64,000 bases of DNA. It comes from a virus. Lineage: Duplodnaviria; Caudoviricetes. Numbering within the stretch: position 1 is the first letter of the stretch; every line of letters begins with the position of its first letter. The notes below the pieces were generated by a model, which was not told the origin of the DNA, searched no databases, and worked only from the letters and a program-made list of their open reading frames with translations. The position numbers and the translations under genes were made by a program. Shown one piece after another: positions 56,458 through 64,000 of the stretch. The stretch spans positions 16,081 to 80,080 of IMG/VR virus record IMGVR_UViG_2747842506_000001, one strand, 5' to 3'.

Positions 56458-58362
56458 CTATTTTGCAAGTGCGTAGGCCTTATGGAAGGGGAGGCCCAGT
56501 TCCAAAACTTGATCCGGCTCTGCAATAGCCCAGCTCACGTAGAAATAGGCTAAGAACTCATATCCTGTAAACTGTTTGCCTGGGAAGGCGTTCAGCGTGT
56601 ATTTTGCATCTGTTCCGGGCTGGATTCCGTTCATGCCTTTGAAGGCGCAATCGCGAGCGACAGCGGATATTTCTTCCGGCGTCATTTCGTCAAACGCAAG
56701 CATCGCGCCAAGCATATACTCACTCATCATCGCATTTACGATGGGATCGTCTTTTTCGTGAGTCTTTTCAAATGCTTCCTGATTCTGCTCGACTTTTGTC
56801 TTGAAACCGTTTTCCTGTGGCTTGCCAGTCTGTTCTGTTATGCGGAAGTATTCAAGGATATTTTCCTGTCTTGCAAATTCCTTGAACAGGGTGTATTCGT
56901 CACCAGCGCTGAACGAAGAAAGCATTTCCTCAAAACGGCTGTACATATCGAGAGCCTTCTGCCTTGCAAAACTGGAGGCCTGGTAGCTTTCGAAGTTGCC
57001 TGCACCAAAATTCTTCTGCATGAACAAGGATTGAACCATGTTCAGCAACTTGTTTACGTCCTTCGTTTCCTGCGGGAAGTAGGGGACGTTTGCAGCGGAT
57101 TCTACGGACTTTAAGTTGTTTTGTTCCATAGACCACAGGGAGGCAAATTGAGCCGCGTGGAACTTGGGGTAATCATTGAAAATCTTTGTTTCTACAAACA
57201 GGTCCAGCGGGACGCTCATCATCTGGATGGAGATTCCGTTGAACAGCTGTTTTGCAAGACCGTCCGCAGTCTGCGCGTCTGTTTCGTCGCGAAGGCGATC
57301 CAACACTTTTTCATGACGTTCCAGGAACAGGTCAAAGTTATCCTGTGCAAATCCGATTGTTTCCAGCTTTCCTTCGGCTTTCGCTTCCTGCATCATGACG
57401 AGGTGCATAAGTTCATGGAGAGTCAAGTGGGCGTAATGGGCGCCCTCGCGGTATCTCACTACATGATAGTCCCTGTGATGATGGTCTGCAAACTCCATGT
57501 GAGCAAGGACCTTTAGGGAACCATCCTCTACGAACTTGATTGTGGTGTTGTACTTTTGCTCGATTTCCTTTGCGATCCGCTTAACTTCCTCCAGCAGGTC
57601 GTTATCCTGTTCAAGGATTTCTGCGGCATCTGCGGCGAGCTGTGCCAAGTGGGGACGCACTGGCGCATCTTCCGGGCGTTCGTTGCCCAGTTTTAGCCCC
57701 TTGAGGCATTGGTCGAAACATTCTGTATATTTGCCCTGGTTGTAGCGTGCAAGCGCAAGGCCGTAATAGGCGCTGATGTACCCGCCTTCAATGGCAAGAG
57801 CTTTTTCAAAGAACTCCGCACCGCGCGCGTAATCCTTGCGCTTGCAGTAAATTCCGCCCAGGTTGTTCAATGCAAGTGCATTTTCCGGATGGAACTCAAG
57901 AACCTTGCTGTAATAGGTGTCTGCAACTTCGGGCTTATCCTTTGCCGCGAAGATGTTCCCCATAAGGATCAGCGCCCAGAGATTCTTCGGATCGAAGCGA
58001 AGTGCATCCAGGTTTGCGTCCACAGCCTTATCCAGCTGCTCCTGGTTGAAAAGGGACTGTGCACAAAGTCTGTAGGCATCCGAATAGAAGGGCCATGCCT
58101 TTATTGCCTTTTGAAGTGAACTACGGGCTGTTTCAAATCGACCCTGTTCACAACATTCAGCTGCCTTCTCGAAATGACGTACAGCCTTTTCAGACTGTTT
58201 TTCATCCACATAGACCTTGATTTGGGTTTCGGAGACTTTCTCAAGGGTAGGAGAGGAATCCTTGGCTTTGCAAAAGCCAAGGATGGAGTACTCCATCGCG
58301 GAAATCGAATCCGCCTTGAAGGGCGGCTCGTTTATGTCAAAGGTCAGTTCAAAGGCTTCCAT
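56458..58362 (-). CDS. Tetratricopeptide-repeat protein with HExxH zincin-like motif
   Basis: About five TPRs in the N-terminal half; LTLHELMHL; downstream PLDLFVE. Confidence 0.8.
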   Translation of the reverse strand: MEAFELTFDINEPPFKADSISAMEYSILGFCKAKDSSPTLEKVSETQIKVYVDEKQSEKAVRHFEKAAECCEQGRFETARSSLQKAIKAWPFYSDAYRLCAQSLFNQEQLDKAVDANLDALRFDPKNLWALILMGNIFAAKDKPEVADTYYSKVLEFHPENALALNNLGGIYCKRKDYARGAEFFEKALAIEGGYISAYYGLALARYNQGKYTECFDQCLKGLKLGNERPEDAPVRPHLAQLAADAAEILEQDNDLLEEVKRIAKEIEQKYNTTIKFVEDGSLKVLAHMEFADHHHRDYHVVRYREGAHYAHLTLHELMHLVMMQEAKAEGKLETIGFAQDNFDLFLERHEKVLDRLRDETDAQTADGLAKQLFNGISIQMMSVPLDLFVETKIFNDYPKFHAAQFASLWSMEQNNLKSVESAANVPYFPQETKDVNKLLNMVQSLFMQKNFGAGNFESYQASSFARQKALDMYSRFEEMLSSFSAGDEYTLFKEFARQENILEYFRITEQTGKPQENGFKTKVEQNQEAFEKTHEKDDPIVNAMMSEYMLGAMLAFDEMTPEEISAVARDCAFKGMNGIQPGTDAKYTLNAFPGKQFTGYEFLAYFYVSWAIAEPDQVLELGLPFHKAYALAK

Positions 58363-58942
58363 ATTCGTGGGTAAAGATATTAAAAGTTATACGTTTGCGA
58401 ATGTCTGCGATTTGCAACAAGTCGCTAAAATTGGTTTCTTGGGCTTTTTACGCGCTGTACGCGTTTCTAATTCTCCAGGTGAGCATTTGCTTGGCTTTAC
58501 CAAAAAAACGTCTGCAGCGTTGCCTACAGCCCATTACAACAAAACTAAATTCAAAATCCTGTCACTTAAATGACAAAATCACAGTCTGTGATCTGGATAA
58601 CCACTGTCACAAAATGTCAAAACCAGAAATTATTTTTCTGTAGCGAGCGAAGGGGACGCGGAAAAATAATTTTTGATATTTATATCGCCCTCATCTCATT
58701 TTTTTTCTTCGCAGGGCACTATGAGTTGAGTATGAGGATTTTTTATATAAAGATTACTGTTTATTCTTGAGTAATGGTAATACTCATACTCCTACTAACT
58801 ACTCATTCTCCTAATACTACTACTACTATATAAGGCTTGCAAATTTTTGTTGCGACCCGTTGCCAACTTTTGCCAGTTGCAACGGGCGTTTGCGTTTTGT
58901 AGCCAATCGCTGCAATTTGCAAAAACAATCAACAAAAAAAGG

Positions 58943-59620
58943 AACCCACCGGCGAAGCCGGTGGTTCTTCATAGACGGGCAAAGCCCTATGTTACGGCAC
59001 GCGCTAACACGCGTACGCAGTCTGCCACCTGCGATGGTCCTTACCCGGCTACCCGTAAACGGGTTATTTCTTTCCGAAGAAACCTAACTGTTCTCCGTAT
59101 TCATCTTCTTTCAATTGATTTTCAATATACGACTTGATTTTTTGCGTATTCTTTCCAGTCGTGTCCACATAATATCCTCGACACCAAAACACCCGGCTTC
59201 GGTATTTTTTCTGTAGTTCAGGATACTTCTCGTTGATCATCAAACTGCTTTTGCCCTTCAGGTATCCGACGATTGATGATGGAGAGTATTTCGGGGGAAT
59301 CGAAAGCAGCATGTGTACGTGGTCGACGCAGACCTCGGCTTCTACAATTTCAATGTCCTTCCATTCGCACAATCTTCGCAGAATCTTCCCTATTTCAAGT
59401 CTGCGTTCCCCGTAAAACACCTTCCTTCTAAATTTTGGGGCAAACACAATGTGATATTTGCAATTCCACGTTGTATGGGCGGTTGTATTTCTATTATTCA
59501 TACTATTCCTTTGGTTTTATTGTGATGCAGTTGGCAGACCGCACCATCAATTTAGCCAAAGGATTTTTTTTCATGACCGCCAGAAGGCTTTATTTGAACT
59601 CCCCAGCATAGCTGGGGGTT
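58943..59620 (-). mobile_element. IS200-type element (tnpA only), copy 2; ends approximate
   Basis: Hairpins CCACCGGC-GAA-GCCGGTGG and CCCCAGC-ATA-GCTGGGG; related to but diverged from copy 1. Confidence 0.85.
59064..59501 (-). CDS. tnpA: IS200/IS605 Y1 transposase
   Basis: CKYHIVFAPKFRR, DHVHML, FWCRGYYV, YIENQ. Confidence 0.95.
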   Translation of the reverse strand: MNNRNTTAHTTWNCKYHIVFAPKFRRKVFYGERRLEIGKILRRLCEWKDIEIVEAEVCVDHVHMLLSIPPKYSPSSIVGYLKGKSSLMINEKYPELQKKYRSRVFWCRGYYVDTTGKNTQKIKSYIENQLKEDEYGEQLGFFGKK

Positions 59621-59699
59621 TTCGTTTTTATCCAAAAAATTGGGTTCCCGAAGGAACCCAAAGGATTGATTATGCCAAAACTCAAAGACTGTCTCAAAG

Positions 59700-60023
59700 T
59701 CACTTTGACTGGACTTGAACATCTGTATCTTTCCCCTGCAGAGCAAGCAGGCCGTTCCGTACGATTGCAGCGCATTCCTCCGGAGAAAGAACAACCTCCC
59801 CGCGAATCTCCTGTGCGTGACGCTCCTTTATCGCCTGCCAAAGCTCCGGAGTAAATAACTCGTCAATATCCATGCCAGTTTCCAGGAGGCGCTGGCACAC
59901 TTCATAGCTGGGCGTGGACTTGCCTTTCTTCCAGGCGGTGATGCTTGAGGCGTTCAAGCCCAGCTCTGCAGCCAGGCTGTTAGCGTTACGATTTGTACGG
60001 GAGAGAAATTTTTCGATGTTCAT
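59700..60023 (-). CDS. Phage repressor-like XRE/Cro-C1 HTH protein
   Basis: ANSLAAELGLNASSITAWKKGKSTPS; divergent from the early operon. Confidence 0.85.
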   Translation of the reverse strand: MNIEKFLSRTNRNANSLAAELGLNASSITAWKKGKSTPSYEVCQRLLETGMDIDELFTPELWQAIKERHAQEIRGEVVLSPEECAAIVRNGLLALQGKDTDVQVQSK

Positions 60024-60146
60024 GCAATAAATTTAAACAAAAATTGCATAATAGTCAAATATTTTTTGATAAAATTTAATTTTCCTCTTGAATTTTTGCA
60101 TAGAAGTGAATAAATCTTGTAAAGAAAGCAAAATTAGTTGGATAAT

Positions 60147-60329
60147 ATGCAAAATAGTTTGAATATAAAGCAAAAAGTTTGGCAGGTCGGCATTACCGAA
60201 CAGGCCAAGCAGGCGCTGATGGAACTTTCCAAGCGAAACAGGGACAAGGGAGTGCCAACCACTCAAGGTATGATCGCTTCCGCTTTGATTTTAAGGGCCT
60301 ATGAAAATGGCGAATCCGTTCTGGGCTAA
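60147..60329 (+). CDS. Small Cro-position DNA-binding protein
   Basis: First gene divergent from the repressor; strand-helix-helix-like pattern; positional inference. Confidence 0.5.
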   Translation: MQNSLNIKQKVWQVGITEQAKQALMELSKRNRDKGVPTTQGMIASALILRAYENGESVLG

Positions 60330-60777
60330 GGTTTCATTCAGTGACTTCATAAAGCATTTCCGTAAAATGACGGACGATCAAATCGTCGCCGATATCAAGG
60401 AGTCCATGGACGTTCTTGAGGATGCCGTTTCAGACGGGACCAGCTTTGGCGCGTTCCTAGTTCGCATTTCCCAGGAAAGGATAAAGCTGCGGGGCGAAGT
60501 GAACAGGGCGAACGCTCTTGCAGGCCATGAAAAGGCTGGTCACGAAATCAAAAATCCAAGGCCCCCAAAACCACAGCCAAAGTTTCCGTCAAAGGAAGAA
60601 CTGTACGATTTCTGCGCAGAAAGTTCGCTGGATGAATCGCTTGCGCGGGAATGGTTCGAAATAACACTCAGCAGAGGAGGTAAAACCCGTGAAGGAACAC
60701 TAATCGAAAACTGGAAGGGCGCTGTCACAAGATATGTGGAGGCGCGTCTGAAAAACCTTGAAAAGGACACCAAATGA
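60301..60777 (+). CDS. Hypothetical early protein, possible replication initiator
   Basis: PKFPSKEELYDFC...W.....GG...IENWKGAV resembles C-terminal domains of phage replisome organisers. Confidence 0.45.
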   Translation: MKMANPFWAKVSFSDFIKHFRKMTDDQIVADIKESMDVLEDAVSDGTSFGAFLVRISQERIKLRGEVNRANALAGHEKAGHEIKNPRPPKPQPKFPSKEELYDFCAESSLDESLAREWFEITLSRGGKTREGTLIENWKGAVTRYVEARLKNLEKDTK

Positions 60778-60965
60778 ATAACGAAATCCAGAACACCAAT
60801 GGATTAAAGCTCAATGACCTGTCCCGGACAGCGGTTCTTATTGCAAACATCGTTTGCACTTTGCCTGCAATGATTTTACGCGAGTTTCAGCTTGATGGAT
60901 TGGTCAATGAATTTCAAGAAGAAAAGAAAGAGTTCAGAAATATGAATCTCGAAAGGAGCAAATAG
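60774..60965 (+). CDS. Hypothetical phage protein
   Basis: ATGA overlap with the upstream gene. Confidence 0.55.
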   Translation: MNNEIQNTNGLKLNDLSRTAVLIANIVCTLPAMILREFQLDGLVNEFQEEKKEFRNMNLERSK

Positions 60966-60969
60966 AAAA

Positions 60970-61884
60970 ATGTCGAACGAAATGATTTCTCAAAGCCAGG
61001 GCACCAGCGGAATGCTGGTAGATACAGGTTTCATGATGAGCTTGAGCGAACTCAAGCTGCGCGCAAATATGGTCGGACAGCTCAAGCGCGAACTGATGGT
61101 GGATAAGGTCCACTTCGGTACTATTCCGGGCTGTGGCGACAAGCCCACGCTCCTGAAAAACGGAGCAGAACTCCTGTGCATGGCGTTCCGTCTTGCAAGC
61201 GGAACCCACGCGGACATTAACGATCTGGGTAATGGTCACCGCGAATACACCGTCACGACCACGCTCACCAGCGGTGGCGAACTTGTGGCAACTGGAATCG
61301 GAAGCTGCAGCACCATGGAGAGCAAGTACCGTTATCGTGGAAGCGAGCTTGAAAATACCGGAAAGCCTGTTCCGAAGGAATACTGGAACAAGAAAGACCC
61401 CTCGACCCTTGGTGGCAAGGGCTTTACCGCGAAGAAGGATGAAAACGGTCGCTGGATGATTTTCAAGAAGGGCGACAAGAAACTTGAAAATCCGGATATT
61501 GCGGACGTCTATAACACCGTCCTGAAGATGGCCTCGAAGCGTTCGCTCATTGACGCGGTTCTCAAGGCAACAGGCGGAAGCTGTGAGTTCACCCAGGACC
61601 TTGAAGATACTGTCGAGAATGTTCCGATGGATCAGCCGCCGGAATATTATGGCGAAGAACCGTTCCAGAATGCGGCTCCCCAGGCGCCACAGCAGGAACA
61701 GGCTGGCGACCGCAAGACAAAGTTCATTGGCGTGTGCAACAAGATGAACCCGCCTGCAATCAAGGAGGCTCTGCGCAGATTCAACTGCGAGAAGCTGGAG
61801 GACCTTAACGAAGGTCAGCTGGACGATTTCTATCGCGAAGCGAAGAAGATTGAAAACGATATGATGCAGGAGGTGAATTTCTAA
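60970..61884 (+). CDS. Phage protein, putative single-strand annealing/recombination protein
   Basis: HFGTIPGCGDKPTLLKNGAELL, GIGSCSTMESKYRYR, NTVLKMASKRSLIDAV, FTQDLED; function inferred. Confidence 0.55.
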   Translation: MSNEMISQSQGTSGMLVDTGFMMSLSELKLRANMVGQLKRELMVDKVHFGTIPGCGDKPTLLKNGAELLCMAFRLASGTHADINDLGNGHREYTVTTTLTSGGELVATGIGSCSTMESKYRYRGSELENTGKPVPKEYWNKKDPSTLGGKGFTAKKDENGRWMIFKKGDKKLENPDIADVYNTVLKMASKRSLIDAVLKATGGSCEFTQDLEDTVENVPMDQPPEYYGEEPFQNAAPQAPQQEQAGDRKTKFIGVCNKMNPPAIKEALRRFNCEKLEDLNEGQLDDFYREAKKIENDMMQEVNF

Positions 61885-62924
61885 TGGAAGCGACAATCAA
61901 GAATGCAGAGGCCAAGATGATTACCGAAAACGTTGAAGAATCCGTTGAAATCCAGGTGATTGAAATTGAAAATCCCAATGCCGTTATGCTTGTGGACGAA
62001 GGAAAGCAGTTCGTAATCAAGACGGACTGCAAGGACCCGGAAACCCTGTTCATGGATAAGGACAATTTCCTTCCCATGATTAAGCAGGTCAAGAAGATCG
62101 CGCGTGGACTTGTTGCAGACGTGCATACCGAAAATGGCTACAAGGCTCGCAAGGCTTTGAACGCAAAGCTCGCGAAGCTCAAGAACGCCATCGAGGACGA
62201 AGGCAAGAAGGTCGCTGCAGCGCTCAAGGCGAAACCCAAGAAGGTTGACGAAACCCGTCGAACCATCAAGGAAACGCTGGAAATGCTGCAGGAGGAAACC
62301 ATGGCTCCGATCCGCGCGATTGAGGCGCGCCAGGCGGAAATCGTGGATATTACCAACCTTCCGGCAACAGCCATCGGCTGTGACAGCGCAGGCTGTCAGC
62401 AGGTGCTTGAGGCGATCAGCAGCCACGAACATGATGCGGACTATTGGGATGAAAGCTATGCCGAAGCGATGGACGCCATCAAGGACGCAAGGCGCCAGGT
62501 TGAGGGCATCAAGGCAAGCGCTGAAAAGCAGGAAGCCGAACGCGCCGAACTTGAAAAGCTGCGCGCCCAGCAGGCTGAATTTGAAAAGGCGGCAAGGGAA
62601 AAAGCGGAAGCCGAAAAGCGTGAAGCCGAGGAACAGCTTCGCAAGGCACAGATGGAGGCGCAAGCCGCCAAGCTGGATGCAGAACGCGCAAAGCAGGCTG
62701 CAGCCGAAGCGGAGAAGTTGACCCACGTTGATTGTGGCGAGGCGGATGCCAGGGCTACGCGTGAGTCCATGCTTTTCCCCAGCGATGAACAGGAATATAA
62801 GCGTCTCGTAAATCGCGAGGTGCTTGAGGACTTGCAACGTTATGGCATTGGCGAAGAACTTGCCAAGCAGCTCATAACGGATATCGTTCATGGCAAGGTG
62901 CGTCACCTCCGCGTGATGTACTAG
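61884..62924 (+). CDS. Coiled-coil phage early protein
   Basis: Ala/Glu/Lys-rich coiled coil ending IVHGKVRHLRVMY; TAATG coupling. Confidence 0.7.
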   Translation: MEATIKNAEAKMITENVEESVEIQVIEIENPNAVMLVDEGKQFVIKTDCKDPETLFMDKDNFLPMIKQVKKIARGLVADVHTENGYKARKALNAKLAKLKNAIEDEGKKVAAALKAKPKKVDETRRTIKETLEMLQEETMAPIRAIEARQAEIVDITNLPATAIGCDSAGCQQVLEAISSHEHDADYWDESYAEAMDAIKDARRQVEGIKASAEKQEAERAELEKLRAQQAEFEKAAREKAEAEKREAEEQLRKAQMEAQAAKLDAERAKQAAAEAEKLTHVDCGEADARATRESMLFPSDEQEYKRLVNREVLEDLQRYGIGEELAKQLITDIVHGKVRHLRVMY

Positions 62925-63016
62925 ACTCTGGACGACACCTATTGCAGGCGCGTTTCCGGTGCGCGATATCACCGGATTTTTTTCTGACTAAAAAATCAAA
63001 ACCATAAAAAAGAGGT

Positions 63017-63292
63017 ATGACCATGCACTATGAATCCCGTGCAAAATTTGATGAAACTTTCGCCAACGTCGCTGGCGTAACAGCAAGCGAGATGAAGGCC
63101 AGCTTTGACGAAGTACAGCAGGCTTACAGATGGATCGAGGCTGTTGCCGCCGAATGTACGAACGTCGCGCTTGAGGGAAGGATTCGCTTTACCATTTTCC
63201 ATCTGGACGGGGAGAGGCTTGTCGAGAGGGAGTATTTCACTTACGAACATAAGGAAAAGGTTTCGTGGAACAAGATAAAAAGCATAACATAG
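63017..63292 (+). CDS. Hypothetical phage protein
   Basis: GAGG RBS; ORF track. Confidence 0.55.
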   Translation: MTMHYESRAKFDETFANVAGVTASEMKASFDEVQQAYRWIEAVAAECTNVALEGRIRFTIFHLDGERLVEREYFTYEHKEKVSWNKIKSIT

Positions 63293-63711
63293 ACGAACGT
63301 TATGTGCGGGAACTGGAGCGGACTGTGGCCCAGCTCAAGGAAGAACTGCGCATTGCGAACGCCAACTGTTCCGTCAATGTTCAGGAGAGGAACTGTGCCC
63401 TTTCCAGTCTCGCAGAATCCAAGGATGTGAACAGCATCCTTGACTTTAGGAATTGTCAGCTTCACAAACTGGCTCTCCATGCGTTGCACGCTTGCTTTCT
63501 CTGGAGAGCAAGATTTCTTCAAGTTACGCTGGAACAGTTTGAGAAGCCCGACGCTAAAATGTTACGCCATCGAAATGAACTCCTGGTTTGGAGTGCCATT
63601 TTCGAGGATGCATGGAAAAGGGACGTGAAGAAATTCCGTTCCTTTTTTCCACAGGACTTTATGAGACGCATGAGAATGCGTCACAATCTTGAGGGCGTGA
63701 ATCATGGATGA
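63265..63711 (+). CDS. Hypothetical phage protein
   Basis: Overlapping operon arrangement; ORF track. Confidence 0.55.
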   Translation: MEQDKKHNIDERYVRELERTVAQLKEELRIANANCSVNVQERNCALSSLAESKDVNSILDFRNCQLHKLALHALHACFLWRARFLQVTLEQFEKPDAKMLRHRNELLVWSAIFEDAWKRDVKKFRSFFPQDFMRRMRMRHNLEGVNHG

Positions 63712-64000
63712 TTTTGAAAAGGAAATCTGTTCAATCATTGCCATGGTTGACGCAAATAACAGGCTGGAGTGCCTGCGCAAGGTCTATCGAGAGACCGTAC
63801 TTGAAGATGGGGAAGGGAAGAATATCCCGCTGGAGCGAAAACAGTTCGCTGTGGCGGAAAGTCTCACGAAGGGCTACCTGGAAGCCGCCTTTCGTCTAGG
63901 CGTTCCTGTGGAACGTCTTTTGAACGGGCTTATGATCAATTTCACGCTGCCTTTCGTGGCGGCGATCCACAAACTTGAAACGAAGGAAGGCGAAGAATGA
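63704..64000 (+). CDS. Hypothetical phage protein
   Basis: GAGG RBS; stop at 63998-64000. Confidence 0.55.
   Translation: MDDFEKEICSIIAMVDANNRLECLRKVYRETVLEDGEGKNIPLERKQFAVAESLTKGYLEAAFRLGVPVERLLNGLMINFTLPFVAAIHKLETKEGEE

Noticed and set aside
33616-58619. Common TGACA/TGTCA operator (21953, 33616, 37993, 58560, 58605) for a WYL/BrxR-like regulator
   Set aside because: Spacing and orientation vary between sites and no such regulator gene is present; only 33616 is a clean palindrome.
1-64000. Integrase/att sites, reverse transcriptase (DGR/retron), rRNA, CRISPR arrays
   Set aside because: No supporting motifs or repeats were found by eye; element boundaries probably lie outside the window.

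Overview
The window is almost entirely one temperate-phage-like (prophage or phage-plasmid) element with a large, visibly AT-richer cargo block. No integrase or att site is visible. Left arm (minus strand, ~1-33.0 kb): contractile-tail virion genes read from a DUF2213-type head protein through capsid, sheath/tube, tape measure, baseplate, fibres and an M15 endolysin. After these come small-gene 'morons', a ParB-dpdA-queC-queE-queD-folE 7-deazaguanine DNA-modification cluster, and terminase-portal-MuF, with MuF carrying a long C-terminal extension that runs off the window. Middle (~33.1-58.4 kb): a secreted repeat protein, a GNAT toxin-antitoxin-like pair, an IS3-split ABC/AAA ATPase, a type-4 BREX/phosphorothioation operon (brxP-brxC-pglZ-brxL-Zn protein-cysteine desulfurase) whose brxP is broken by two independent ISL3 insertions, and a TPR-zincin protein. 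Right (~59.7-64 kb): repressor/Cro switch and early genes. Seven IS copies are present (3x ISL3, 2x IS200, IS3, IS30). The most striking unexplained signal is an array of three ~100-nt four-way-junction non-coding RNAs at 19.5-20.16 kb, each with promoter and terminator signals and a co-varying loop-loop pairing. A fourfold repeated poly-T promoter module driving moron genes is also notable. All product calls come from motif recognition by eye, not from database searches.
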